Assembly: GCA_050329835.1 (NCBI GenBank) | Contig: JBHJOJ010000022.1 | Location: forward strand, 14,502-78,501 | DNA length: 64,000 bases | Direction of reading: 5' to 3' | Source of the DNA: Kineosporiaceae bacterium | Lineage (GTDB): Bacteria; Actinomycetota; Actinomycetes; Actinomycetales; JBBAYJ01 | Shown here: one piece after another, positions 29,253-38,977 of the stretch | How positions within the stretch are numbered: position 1 is the first letter of the stretch | How the letters are laid out: each line of letters opens with the position of its first letter | Translations under genes and position numbers: made by a program | Notes under the pieces: generated by a model | What the model was told of the DNA's origin: nothing | Databases searched by the model: none | What the model saw: the letters and a program-made list of their open reading frames with translations, nothing else

Positions 29253-29737
29253 CCGTCCTCAGCGTCGACAAGGACCTCGCCGCCCGGACCATGACCCTCG
29301 TCGCCGAGTTCGACGCCGCCGTCGACCGGGTGTGGCAGGTGTGGAGCGACCCGCGGCAGCTGGAGCGCTGGTGGGGTCCGCCCACGTACCCGGCGACCGT
29401 CGAGGACCACGACCTCGTGCCCGGCGGCGGCGTCACCTACTCCATGACCGGTCCGGAGGGCGACCGCCACCGGGGCTGGTGGCGGATCACGGCCGTCGAG
29501 GCGCCGCGCCGGCTGGCGTTCCAGGACGGCTTCGCCGACGCCGACGGCACCCCCATCGCCGACCAGCCCGTCACGTCGGTCGAGGTGAGCCTGGCCGACC
29601 GGGCCGGCGGCGGCACCCGCATGGAGATCCGCTCGACGTTCCCCTCCGCCGCGGCCATGGAGCAGATGCTCGCCATGGGCATGGTCGAGGGCCTCACCGA
29701 GGCCGCCGGCCAGATCGACGCGATCCTCGCCGGCTGA
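29249..29737 (+). CDS. SRPBCC/Aha1-like domain protein
   Basis: VWQVWSDPRQLERWWGPP motif. ATGA overlap with the arsR-like stop and a GAAGGAG SD. Confidence 0.8.
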   Translation: MTVLSVDKDLAARTMTLVAEFDAAVDRVWQVWSDPRQLERWWGPPTYPATVEDHDLVPGGGVTYSMTGPEGDRHRGWWRITAVEAPRRLAFQDGFADADGTPIADQPVTSVEVSLADRAGGGTRMEIRSTFPSAAAMEQMLAMGMVEGLTEAAGQIDAILAG

Positions 29738-30022
29738 CCGGTGCCGGCGGAGTCGGCACTGCGGTACCGTCCCGAAGGCCGTGGTCAGCGGCGCCCCGGC
29801 AGTTGCCGTCAGGCGTCCCGCGCGTGGGACACGGCCAGGAGCTGTGAACTCCGGGGTTCAACTCCCCATCGGCTGCGGTTAGCCCACGCGCCGCCGGTCG
29901 CCTCCCGCCCTCGGGCAGGGCACGACCCGTCCTGCGGGACACCTCCGGGTGGGCCCCCACGGCGAGTGCCCGGAGGCGGCCGGCGGTCACGCCACCCCGC
30001 CCGTCCGACGAAGAAGAGGCTC

Positions 30023-30697
30023 ATGACCCGCAGGACCATCCAGCAGGGGACGCGCGCCGTGGTGCGTCTCGACGGCGTCGTGACCACCGTCCTCGAGCCG
30101 GGTCGGCACCGCCTGCCGGGCCGGTTCTGGCGCCGCACCGTCGAGGTCGTCGACGTCCGCGACCGCCTGCTCGTCCTCACCGGGCAGGAGGTGGCCGCCG
30201 CCGACGTCCCCGGCGTCAAGGTGTCGGCGGCGCTGCGGTGGCACGTCTCGGAGCCCGCGGCCTGGCTGGTCGGGTCGCAGGACCCGGAGGAGGAGATCCG
30301 TCTCGCCCTGCAGATCGGGGTGCGGTACTGGGCGGCGACCCGGCCGGCGGCGGAGCTGGCGGCGGCACGCGCCGACGCCTCGGAGACGCTGCTGGCCGCG
30401 GTGCGGCCGGCGGCCCAGCGGGTCGGCGCCACCGTGAGCGCCGCGACCGTCCGCGACATCGTCCTGCCCGGGGAGCTCCGCCGGGCCGCGCTCGCCGCCG
30501 CGAGCGCCCGGCTCGAGGGCCAGGCGGCCCTGGAGCGGGCCCGGGCCGAGACCGCCGCCCTGCGCGCCGCCGCGAACGGGGCGCGCATCCTCGCCGAGCA
30601 CCCCGGGCTGCTGCAGCTGCGCACCGTCGAGGCCGCGGCCGCCACGGGCGGGCAGGTGGTGGTCCGGATCGGTGAGTCGGGGGCAGGGGCGCCCTGA
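30023..30697 (+). CDS. SPFH/Band-7 (slipin-like) protein
   Basis: VRDIVLPGELRRAALAA...ALERARAETAALRAAANGARIL coiled tail. ATG at 30023 with an AAGAAGAGG SD. Confidence 0.75.
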   Translation: MTRRTIQQGTRAVVRLDGVVTTVLEPGRHRLPGRFWRRTVEVVDVRDRLLVLTGQEVAAADVPGVKVSAALRWHVSEPAAWLVGSQDPEEEIRLALQIGVRYWAATRPAAELAAARADASETLLAAVRPAAQRVGATVSAATVRDIVLPGELRRAALAAASARLEGQAALERARAETAALRAAANGARILAEHPGLLQLRTVEAAAATGGQVVVRIGESGAGAP

Positions 30698-30728
30698 GGG
30701 TTGCGCCGGGGGGGCCGCGACCGACCGT

Positions 30729-31445
30729 GTGATCGTGACCCGTCGGGCGAGGCCGCCGGCGCGGCCGCGCCGGCTGCGGGTCGTCACGGCCGCGGCGGCG
30801 TCGGCGGTCGTGACGGCCTCGGTGCTGGCGGGGTGCGACAGCTCGTCGGTCGACGACGCGGCACCCGCCACGGTCACCGCGCCCACCGGTCCCACGGTGG
30901 CAGGAGCCGGGGACGGTGCCGGGGCGTCGGCCGCCCCGTCCGGCGCCGATCCGGCGGCCGGCAGCGAGATCCTCGCCGCCTACGGTGAGCTGGGTCCGCG
31001 CGCCCCCGTGCCCCCGAACGCCGGCGGCGGGACCGCGGGCTCCGGGTGCCGTCCCGGATCGTCCGCGACGCTGCCCGACGGCGTCTGGATGGTGCGGATG
31101 GTGCGGGTCGGCGGGGACGGGGCCGGGGTGGCCGGGCTCGACCTCGTGTGCTTCTCGACCGCGGAGTCGCTGGCCGCGGCCGGTGTCGACGGGGCGGCCG
31201 ACTCGGTGGCCAACGATAGCCCGCGGCTGCGCGACGTCCCGTTCGCCGGCGACGCGTCCCACTACCTCCAGCTGCCGGGTCCTCCGACGACCGCCGGCGA
31301 GACCTCGCGTCGGGTCGCCTTCTCGGCGGAGCAGCGGGGCGAGCTGCGGCTCTGGCTGGAGCGGAACGGACCCGTGCTGGTCTGGGCGCTGGTGCGGGAC
31401 GGTGCCGTCGCCGAGACCTACGCCCCGCCCCTCGCCGGGTCGTGA
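30729..31445 (+). CDS. Lipoprotein, unknown function
   Basis: Signal peptide ending in the lipobox VLAGC. The start is uncertain (GTG 30729 or 30735). Follows the SPFH gene closely. Confidence 0.6.
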   Translation: MIVTRRARPPARPRRLRVVTAAAASAVVTASVLAGCDSSSVDDAAPATVTAPTGPTVAGAGDGAGASAAPSGADPAAGSEILAAYGELGPRAPVPPNAGGGTAGSGCRPGSSATLPDGVWMVRMVRVGGDGAGVAGLDLVCFSTAESLAAAGVDGAADSVANDSPRLRDVPFAGDASHYLQLPGPPTTAGETSRRVAFSAEQRGELRLWLERNGPVLVWALVRDGAVAETYAPPLAGS

Positions 31446-31483
31446 GCGGGCTCCACCGTCGCCGACGGGACACCGTGTGACCC

Positions 31484-31837
31484 ATGGCAACCCACCCCTC
31501 GAACCGGAACTCCCTCGTGGAGGGCCACCTCCGGGAGTCCCTGCGCCGCGACCGGCACCCGATGGTCACGTTCCGGACCGGGGGGTCCGGGGAACGCCGG
31601 GCCGCACTCATGGGGACGCGGCTGGACGTGCACCGAGTGATCGAGACGGTCCGGGGTGAGGGGGGCGACATCGCGGCCGCGGCTCGGTACTTCCAGGTCG
31701 ACGTCGCCTGGATCCGGGCGGCGGTCGACCACTACGCCGTGTTCGGCGACGAGATCGACGAGTACCTCGCCGACGAGGCGCGGTTCGCCGCACGGGAACA
31801 GGCCCTGTGGGGACGCGCCCAGGCCGTGATCGCATGA
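31484..31837 (+). CDS. DUF433-like small protein
   Basis: GTRLDVHRVIETVRGEGGDIAAAARYFQVDVAWIRAAVDHYA matches the DUF433 pattern. No partner gene is visible. Confidence 0.55.
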   Translation: MATHPSNRNSLVEGHLRESLRRDRHPMVTFRTGGSGERRAALMGTRLDVHRVIETVRGEGGDIAAAARYFQVDVAWIRAAVDHYAVFGDEIDEYLADEARFAAREQALWGRAQAVIA

Positions 31838-31855
31838 GGCTGCGCCGGAGCAGGG

Positions 31856-32827
31856 TCAGCCGCGCCCGTCGAGGGCCGCGGTGGCCCGTCCGACCGAGTC
31901 CCGGATCGCGGCGAGCACGCCCGGGTCCCCTTCCACCCGGTAGGCGAGGTCCGCGTCGAGCCAGACCAGCGCCGACGCGGCCCAGGCGGGCGGCTCCGCG
32001 GACAGGGTCCACCGGGTCCGGCGGGGGCCGTCGGCGACCGCGTCCCGGACGTAGGGACCCAGGCGGGCCCGGAAGTCCGCCAGGGGCAGGTCGACCACGA
32101 CGTCGACGGTCGTCTGTCCCCGGCGCAGCGCGGACACTGCCCGGGCGACGAAGGCCGCGGCGTCGTCGTCGGGCAGCTCCCGGACCGGGTCGCGCACCCC
32201 GGTGAGGTGGACGCGGGTGATCCGGTCCGCGCGGAAGGTGCGCCAGTCCTCCCGGCGCCGGTCCCACGACACGAGGAACCAGTGGCGCCGGGCCGCGACC
32301 AGGGAGTGCGGCTCGGCCACCCGGTCGGTCTCGGCTCCGGCGGCGTCGGTGTAGTGGAAGCGGATGCGCTCGTGGTCACGGCAGGCCAGGGCGAGCCGGC
32401 CGAGCAGGTCCGGGTCGACCGGGGCGGTGGCCGGCACCTGGATGTGGACGTTCTCCGCCAGCGCCCGGATCCGCCGCCGCAGCGCGCTCGGCAGGACCTG
32501 CTCGAGCTTGGCCAGCGCCGTGAGCGTGACGTGCTCGCCGTCGGCGAGCCCGAGCGCCACCACGGTGCGCAGCCCGAGCGCCATCGTCACGGCCTCGGCG
32601 TCGGTGAGCAGCAGCGGCGGCAGGGACGCCCCCGCCTCCAGCCGGTACCCCCCGCCGGCGCCGCGGGTCGCCGTGATCCGGTACCCCAGCTCACGGAGCC
32701 GGTCGACGTCGCGGCGCAGGGTGCGGCCGGTGACGCCGAGGCGCCCGGCCAGCTCGGGGCCCGGCCACTGCCGATGGGTCTGGAGCAGGTCGAGCAGGGC
32801 CAGGGTCCGGGACGCGGTCGCCGCCAT
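31856..32827 (-). CDS. YafY-family (HTH-WYL) transcriptional regulator
   Basis: N-terminal HTH LLDLLQTHRQWPGPELAGRLGVTGRTLRRDVDRLRELGY and a WYL-type middle domain (RIRFHY...PHSLVAARRHWFLVSWD). Confidence 0.85.
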   Translation of the reverse strand: MAATASRTLALLDLLQTHRQWPGPELAGRLGVTGRTLRRDVDRLRELGYRITATRGAGGGYRLEAGASLPPLLLTDAEAVTMALGLRTVVALGLADGEHVTLTALAKLEQVLPSALRRRIRALAENVHIQVPATAPVDPDLLGRLALACRDHERIRFHYTDAAGAETDRVAEPHSLVAARRHWFLVSWDRRREDWRTFRADRITRVHLTGVRDPVRELPDDDAAAFVARAVSALRRGQTTVDVVVDLPLADFRARLGPYVRDAVADGPRRTRWTLSAEPPAWAASALVWLDADLAYRVEGDPGVLAAIRDSVGRATAALDGRG

Positions 32828-32888
32828 GTCCCGATTCTCCGGTCACAGCGGACAGGAAGTGACCGTTGCGCACCCTAGCGTCGATGCC

Positions 32889-33260
32889 ATGGAGATGAAG
32901 CTCGAAGTCGTGCCCCTGCCCGTGACGGACGTCGACCGGGCCAAGGCCTTCTATGTCGACCAGGTCGGGTTCGTCGCCGACCACGATGCGCGTGTCCCCG
33001 GCGGCATCCGCTTCGTTCAGCTGACGCCCCCGGGCTCGGCCTGCTCGATCGTCATGGGCGAGGGGATCGTCGAGATGCCGCCCGGAAGCCAGAAGGGCCT
33101 CATGGCGGTGGTGGCCGACGCCGACGCGGTGCGCGATCACCTCCTGGGGCACGGCGTGGAGGCGAGCGAGGTGAACGAGAAGGAGTGGGGCCGGTTCGTC
33201 TACTTCGCCGACCCGGACGGCAACACCTGGGCGCTGCAGGAACTGCCGAAGCGCGGCTGA
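32889..33260 (+). CDS. VOC/glyoxalase-family protein
   Basis: 123 aa: MEMKLEVVPLPVTDVDRAKAFYVDQVGF...FADPDGNTWALQE. Divergent from the WYL regulator. Confidence 0.8.
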   Translation: MEMKLEVVPLPVTDVDRAKAFYVDQVGFVADHDARVPGGIRFVQLTPPGSACSIVMGEGIVEMPPGSQKGLMAVVADADAVRDHLLGHGVEASEVNEKEWGRFVYFADPDGNTWALQELPKRG

Positions 33261-33494
33261 GGCGCCGAGGGCCGGCGATCGTCGCGGGGCTGCCCGGCGT
33301 CGGCCCGGCGCGGGCCGTCCTGACGGCCGTCGTCGTGGGCGCGGTCACGGCCGTGGTGGTCTCGGTCGAGGCCGTCGCCGGCCCCTGACCCCGCCGCCTC
33401 ACCCCGCGGCGGAGGCCTTCCCGAACCGGGAGACCGTGGTGACGGCGACGGGTGCGGTGCCTGCGCCGCCCGGGGTTCCCGGCCCGGGACGGGC

Positions 33495-33526
33495 GACGGC
33501 CCCGGCCGGGTCGGGCCGGGGCCGTC
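33495..33526. terminator. GC hairpin downstream of the carboxypeptidase gene
   Basis: gacggccccggcc-gggtcg-ggccggggccgtc, a perfect 13-bp stem 19 nt beyond the minus-strand stop at 33545. No U-tract. Confidence 0.5.
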
Positions 33527-33544
33527 GCGGAGGGAGCGGTCCTG

Positions 33545-36500
33545 CTAGGAGTCGAGGAGGTACCCGACCGTCCGGCCCAGGAGGTCACGCCGGACCTCGG
33601 GGTCGGCGATCTGCTCGACACCGAACCCGAGCAGCACCGTGCTGTCGGTCGCCACCGCCGCCTGCGCGGGCGGCACCAGGCCCTGCGACCGCTCGAACTC
33701 CCGGGTGTTGCCGGGGCTGCCCGCCGGGGGTCCGGTGACCGACCAGTCGCCGAGACCGGTCTCGAAGCCCTCGGCCGCCACCTCGGCCCCGTCGACGACG
33801 ACGCGCGTGTCGTCGACGAAGACTCCGGCGCCGCCCGTGGACGGGTCGGTGACGTAGGCGATCGAGACCTCGACGGTGGACCCGGCGTACGCCGACAGGT
33901 CGAATGTCGCCGGCTGCCACCCGCCGCTGTTGCCGGTGAGCGCGTGCCACTCGCCCGTGGCGCCGGACGGCGTGCAGGCGCCGCCGGACAGCGTGAGGTA
34001 GTTCGTCAGGGCCGGGTGCTGGTCGAGCAGGAACCCGGCCTCGCACTCGGTCGGGACGGTCTGCGTCGACAGGCCGCCGGCCTCGGGAAGGGTGGTCCAA
34101 TCGTCCCCGCCCGCCGTCCTGGCCTCGACGACGACCGAGTCGTACCCGGTCTCGAGGTCGAACGAGAGCTGGGTCGACAGATCGACGTCCGCGCCCGGTG
34201 CCACCCCGGTGAGATCCACCGTGCGGGTCAGCCGGGTGTAGAGGCCGTCGGCGTGGGTGGTTCCCGCGTACCACTCGCCCTCGACCGGGGCGTAGGGGTC
34301 CGGCCCCTCGGACGTGTACACCCCCAGCGGGCGGCTGTCGGCGAACTGCGGGAACGACTCCGGCGGCAGGACACCGCTGGTCACCGTGAACGACCCGGCC
34401 TCGTCGACAGGGTTGGTCGCGGTACCCGCGAGGTCCCCCGCGAAGCCGGACAGCGGGTCCTCGGACCCGGTGACCGCCGACACGGACTCGTTCGGCTGCC
34501 GGTCGAAGGCCCCGAGCCAGTACTGGTAGAAGTCGTCGGCCAGGATGAGGCAGTCCGAGAAGAAGTCCGTCGTGACGGCGCACTCCGTCCCCGGCTCGTT
34601 GTCGAGGCCGTAGTACAGGCCGCCGACCTGGCTGCCGAGCGCCCCGTCGTACCCGGCGGTCTCGCCGGTCACGAGCAGCTTGCCGCCCTCGTTGAGGTAG
34701 TCGCGCATCGCGAGCGTCGTGAACTGCTCGCGCTCCGCGACCGCGATCTCCGGGATCGGTCCGAAGAGGAACGTGTCGGTGAGCTCGTCCTCCGGGTCCT
34801 GGGTGATCCGGTTGTCGCCGTAGTACCAGACCACGGCGTCGAAGTGCGAGAGCACGCCCTGGTCGTGCGGCACCCCCTGCGCCGAGATGTCCCACGTCGA
34901 GACCCTGGCGCCGATCGCCTCGAGGTCCTCGACATAGGTGGAGAGGTACTGCGGCGCGGCCAGCGGCGGGTCGTAGGTGGGGTTCACGCCCTCGTAGTCC
35001 TCGTTGGCCACGACCAGGACGTCGTCACCGCGGGTGCTGCCGTCCTCGGCGACCGTGTACGTGAACCGTTCGCTCTCCACCCAGGGCCGGCGCTCGCCGA
35101 GCTTGAGCCCCGAGAACCAGACCTCGACCGAGTCGCCCGGCCGGGCCCGGATCTGGCCCCGGCGCTCGGCGTACCACACGTCGCTGTCGTCGCCGTAGCG
35201 CTCGCCGCCGTCCCACTCCCGGGTGAGGAACGGCAGCTTCTGCCCACCGTTCACCCGGTACCAGCCGAGGACCAGCTGGAGCTGCCGGTCGACGGTGACC
35301 GCAACGGTCTGCGGCGACCCGTAGGAGACGTCGAAGGTGTCGACGGCGAAGTCCGGCGCGTCGATCCCCACCGCCGAGACCGGGTCCGCGGGGTCGGCGG
35401 CCGACTTGGCGACCGAGAGGGCGAAGGGGATGTTGGTCTCGAACTCACGCTGGATCAGCGGCTCGGAGTCCGGGAAGTTGAAGACGCTCTCGCAGTCCGC
35501 CGCCTCGAAGGCGTCGGCGGGGTCCCACTCGCTGGCCGTCGCGCACGTCGACATCTCCGGGGTGAAGGCGAGGATGCCGTAGACGCTGTGGGCGTGCTCG
35601 GTGGTCTCGCCGTTCGTGGTGTACAGCTCGGCGGACAGGTCCGGGTCGTAACCGGGGACCGCGGGGTTCTCGTCCGTGCCGGCCAGCGCCTCGTAGACGA
35701 GGTCGTCCGGGGTCGGGGTCGAGACCTGCCAGCCGGTGCCGTAGAGCATGAGCTCCGCCGCCGAGTGGTAGTTGACGAGGAAGGAGAAGTCGATGCGCGC
35801 CATGAGCTCGTCCAGCGCCTGGGTCTCCGGCTCGGACCCCGGCCCCGGGCCGCGGTACGTCGAGCTCACCAGGTCGGGCGAGGACCCCTCGTTGTCGTAG
35901 CCCCACCGCTCGGGCCAGTTCCGGTTCGGGTCCACACCGTCCAGGCCGGTGATGACGCCGTCGCCGTCGTTGTCGGCGAGGTTCTTCCGCCACAGCCGGT
36001 TGCCGTCGGTGAACGTGTAGTCGTAGCCGTCCGGGTTGGCCATCGGCACGAACCACAGTTCGGTGCTGTCGACGATCCGGCGGATCTCGCGGTCCGTCGA
36101 GTAGCCGTCGAGGACGTGGTGCAGCAGCCGTCGGGTCATCTCCGGGGTGATCCACTCGCGGGCGTGCTGGGTGGACACGTACAGCACCGACGGCCGTTGC
36201 CCCTGCGGGACGCGCTGGGCGTTCTTGGTCACCCGCACCGCGAGGATGTCCTGGCCCTGCACCGACTGCCCGATGGTGACGAGCTCGGCGATCCCGGGGT
36301 TGTCGGCGGCGAGCTGCCGGAACTCCTCCTCGAGGTTGCCCTCCCCGCTCCAGGGCCGGAACACGCCGCCCGTCTCCTCCGCGGTCTCGGCGGCGAAGGT
36401 GCGCGCCTCGGCGCCGTCGGCCCCGGACACCTCCTTCGGAGTGAGCGGGACGCCGGCCGCGATGAGGCGCTCCGCCAGCACGGGAGGCGCGATCACCTCG

Positions 36501-36736
36501 ACGACGGTGGAGCCGTCCGGGCCGGTCGGAGCGGTGGCGATGTCCTCGTGGTCCAGTCCCGCGGCCCGCAGCTGCGCCAGGTGCTTCGCCGAGATCTCGC
36601 CGGTGTAGACCTGAGGCCCGGAGAGGTCGACCGGTGGATCGGGGTCGAGATCGTCGGCCATCGTCGGCACGACGCCGACCATGAAGAGGCCCGCCCCCAG
36701 GGCGAGTGCCATCGCTCGGCGGAGTGTGCGCGTCAT
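33545..36736 (-). CDS. Secreted M14-family zinc carboxypeptidase with a large C-terminal extension
   Basis: Signal peptide MTRTLRRAMALALGAGLFMV. M14 motifs QHAREW, NPDGYDY, NRNW and TPEMS, followed by ~650 aa of beta-rich domains. Confidence 0.85.
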   Translation of the reverse strand: MTRTLRRAMALALGAGLFMVGVVPTMADDLDPDPPVDLSGPQVYTGEISAKHLAQLRAAGLDHEDIATAPTGPDGSTVVEVIAPPVLAERLIAAGVPLTPKEVSGADGAEARTFAAETAEETGGVFRPWSGEGNLEEEFRQLAADNPGIAELVTIGQSVQGQDILAVRVTKNAQRVPQGQRPSVLYVSTQHAREWITPEMTRRLLHHVLDGYSTDREIRRIVDSTELWFVPMANPDGYDYTFTDGNRLWRKNLADNDGDGVITGLDGVDPNRNWPERWGYDNEGSSPDLVSSTYRGPGPGSEPETQALDELMARIDFSFLVNYHSAAELMLYGTGWQVSTPTPDDLVYEALAGTDENPAVPGYDPDLSAELYTTNGETTEHAHSVYGILAFTPEMSTCATASEWDPADAFEAADCESVFNFPDSEPLIQREFETNIPFALSVAKSAADPADPVSAVGIDAPDFAVDTFDVSYGSPQTVAVTVDRQLQLVLGWYRVNGGQKLPFLTREWDGGERYGDDSDVWYAERRGQIRARPGDSVEVWFSGLKLGERRPWVESERFTYTVAEDGSTRGDDVLVVANEDYEGVNPTYDPPLAAPQYLSTYVEDLEAIGARVSTWDISAQGVPHDQGVLSHFDAVVWYYGDNRITQDPEDELTDTFLFGPIPEIAVAEREQFTTLAMRDYLNEGGKLLVTGETAGYDGALGSQVGGLYYGLDNEPGTECAVTTDFFSDCLILADDFYQYWLGAFDRQPNESVSAVTGSEDPLSGFAGDLAGTATNPVDEAGSFTVTSGVLPPESFPQFADSRPLGVYTSEGPDPYAPVEGEWYAGTTHADGLYTRLTRTVDLTGVAPGADVDLSTQLSFDLETGYDSVVVEARTAGGDDWTTLPEAGGLSTQTVPTECEAGFLLDQHPALTNYLTLSGGACTPSGATGEWHALTGNSGGWQPATFDLSAYAGSTVEVSIAYVTDPSTGGAGVFVDDTRVVVDGAEVAAEGFETGLGDWSVTGPPAGSPGNTREFERSQGLVPPAQAAVATDSTVLLGFGVEQIADPEVRRDLLGRTVGYLLDS

Positions 36737-36903
36737 GGGACCACCGATCTCGCGAGGATGTGAGCGATACATCAGATGGCGCCGCCGACCGGCGCGTCAA
36801 CCCCTCGGCGCCGATCGGTTCCCGCGAACCTCGCGACACGCCGAAATCCTGCCCGAAGGTGCCAGAGCGCGGCGGGGGCGGCCCGGGCCCGGACGTCGCG
36901 GTG

Positions 36904-38256
36904 CTAGGCGGGCCGGCCGCCTCGGCCGCCCGGGGGCGCCGCCCCGGTCCGCAGCCACGCCGACCCTCGGGTGCGTGCCACGAGCACGGCGAGCCGCGCC
37001 GCCGTGTGCGCCCCCACCGCCCACCACAGCCCCACCAGTCCGCCGCCGGCGGCCGTCGCCGCCCAGGCCGCCACCAGGAACACGGCCAGGGTCGCGACGC
37101 CGGTGACGGCCAGGTAGGCGTGGTCCCCGGCCCCGATGAGCACCCCGTCGAGCGCGAACGTCACCCCGGCGACGACCTGGAGGAGGGCCACGAGCACGAG
37201 GACGTCGCCCAGTAGGTGCCGGACCGCGGGATCAGGGGAGAACAGACCGGGCGCCCACGGCAGGCAGGCGAGCACCAGCACCCCGGTCCCCGCCCCGGAC
37301 CACAGCCCCCACCAGGCGAGGCGACGCGTGACCGCGCGGACGTCCCCGACGTCGCCCGCCCCCAGACCGCGCGCGACCAGGGCCTGGGCGGCGATCGCGA
37401 CGGCGTCCAGCGCGAGGGCCAGGAACCCCCACACGGCAACGGCAACGGTGTGGGCCGCCAGGGCCACCGTGCCGGCCGCCCCCGCCCAGGCGACCGCCGC
37501 CAGCAGGTAGATCCGCAGCGTGAGGGTCCGCAGGAACAGCGCGCCCGACGCCGAGGCCGAGGTCCGGATGCCGGCGGAGTCCGGGCGCAGCGAGGCGCCG
37601 TGGCGCCGCGCGCGCCGGACCACCACGGCGGTCAGCGCCGCCGCCATGCCGACCTGGGCGATCACGGTCCCCAACGCCGACCCGGCGATGCCCCACCCCG
37701 CGGGGTACACGAGGACGTAGTTGAGGCCGACGTTGGCGGCGGCCCCGGTCGCCGCCACCACGAGCGGGGTCCGGACGTCCAGTGCGCCGCGCAGGGCCCC
37801 GGTGGCGGCCAGCACGACGAGCATGGCGGGCAGACCCACGGCGGAGACGCGCAGGTAGACGAGCGCGAAGGGCCGCGCGGCGGGGGTCGCGCCCAGGGCG
37901 TCGACGAGCACGGGCGCTGCGGCCGCCCCGGCGAGGGCGAGGACCACGCCGAGGCCGGCCGCCAGCCAGAGGCCGTCGATCCCCTGCTGGGCCGCCGCCC
38001 GGAGGTCGCCGGCCCCGACGGACCGGCCGACCGCCGCCGTCGTGGCGTAGGCGAGGAAGACGCACAGGTAGACCAGCGTCGACAGGACCGCCCCGGCGAC
38101 GCCGAGGCCGGCGAGCGGGGCGGTGCCGAGGTTGCCGACGATGGCGGCGTCGGCCAGCAGGAACAACGGCTCGGCGACGAGGGCGCCCAGGGCGGGCACG
38201 GCCAGCCGGAGGATCTCGCGGTCCCTCGCCCGGCCCGCGGAGGACGGGTCGATCAC
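36904..38256 (-). CDS. MATE-family efflux transporter (DinF-like)
   Basis: 450 aa with 12 predicted helices. N-terminal ILRLAVPALGALVAEPLFLLADAAIVG. Confidence 0.85.
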   Translation of the reverse strand: MIDPSSAGRARDREILRLAVPALGALVAEPLFLLADAAIVGNLGTAPLAGLGVAGAVLSTLVYLCVFLAYATTAAVGRSVGAGDLRAAAQQGIDGLWLAAGLGVVLALAGAAAAPVLVDALGATPAARPFALVYLRVSAVGLPAMLVVLAATGALRGALDVRTPLVVAATGAAANVGLNYVLVYPAGWGIAGSALGTVIAQVGMAAALTAVVVRRARRHGASLRPDSAGIRTSASASGALFLRTLTLRIYLLAAVAWAGAAGTVALAAHTVAVAVWGFLALALDAVAIAAQALVARGLGAGDVGDVRAVTRRLAWWGLWSGAGTGVLVLACLPWAPGLFSPDPAVRHLLGDVLVLVALLQVVAGVTFALDGVLIGAGDHAYLAVTGVATLAVFLVAAWAATAAGGGLVGLWWAVGAHTAARLAVLVARTRGSAWLRTGAAPPGGRGGRPA

Positions 38257-38419
38257 CGGAGGCTATCGGTCCGCCGGCCGCCGGCCGCCGGCCGCGGGGC
38301 GTCGAGCCGCGGTCGTCCACAGTGCCGGCCGGGGCCGCCCGTCCACAGGTGCGCCGCCCGGAGCTGCCCGGCCCGCTTCCTCGGCGGCAGGGTCGTCGTC
38401 ATGACGCGGAGAGCGACGG

Positions 38420-38977
38420 ATGACGACGACCTATCGTGACGACGTGCGGACCGTCGTCCTGGGGCCCCGCCCGCCCGAGATCGAGGCGCTCATCGAGCGC
38501 CGTCGCCGGCTGGGGCAGGACAGGCACGACGAGATCTGGCAGGGGGACCACCACACGGCGCCGTACGCCCACCCGTGGCACGGCTACGTCGAGGGCGAGA
38601 TCGCCCGTGCGCTGGATCCGCCGGCGAGGGGCCGCGGATTGGTGCCCACCGGGGGGTTCAACCTCGGCGCCCCGGACGACTTCCGGGTCCCGGACGCCGG
38701 GGTGCACGTGTCGCTTCCGCACGAGCTCTACGTCCCCACCGCCCTTCTCGTCGTCGAGGTGCTGTCGCCGGACGACGAGTCGTGGGAGAAGCTGCCCTTC
38801 TACGCCGGGCGCGGGGTCCGCGAGGTCCTCATGGTCGACCCGCGCGCGTCGACGATCGCCTGCCTGCGGGTGCGGGGCGACGACGGGTGGGACGAGGTCG
38901 ACCACAGCGAGGTGCTCGCCGTCGCGGTGGCCGACCTCGTCGGGGGTGTCCGGTGGCCCGAGGGGTCCGGATCATGA
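38420..38977 (+). CDS. Uma2-family (DUF820) PD-(D/E)xK endonuclease
   Basis: VPDAGVHV ... LLVVEVLSPDD ... K motif order typical of Uma2. The stop overlaps the recQ-like start (ATGA). Confidence 0.7.
   Translation: MTTTYRDDVRTVVLGPRPPEIEALIERRRRLGQDRHDEIWQGDHHTAPYAHPWHGYVEGEIARALDPPARGRGLVPTGGFNLGAPDDFRVPDAGVHVSLPHELYVPTALLVVEVLSPDDESWEKLPFYAGRGVREVLMVDPRASTIACLRVRGDDGWDEVDHSEVLAVAVADLVGGVRWPEGSGS

Noticed and set aside
29845-29880. tRNA-like T-loop sequence ccGGGGTTCAACTCCCCatcggctgcg
   Set aside because: Only a 4-bp GGGG/CCCC stem is present. No matching 5' acceptor strand, D-arm or anticodon arm could be built from the upstream 70 nt, and there is no CCA end. It may be chance or an att-like fragment, but I cannot support it as an RNA gene.
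33185-33388. Listed 67-aa ORF ending in a hydrophobic segment, downstream of the VOC gene
   Set aside because: Its 5' part overlaps the VOC gene out of frame. No SD or start supports the hydrophobic tail alone.
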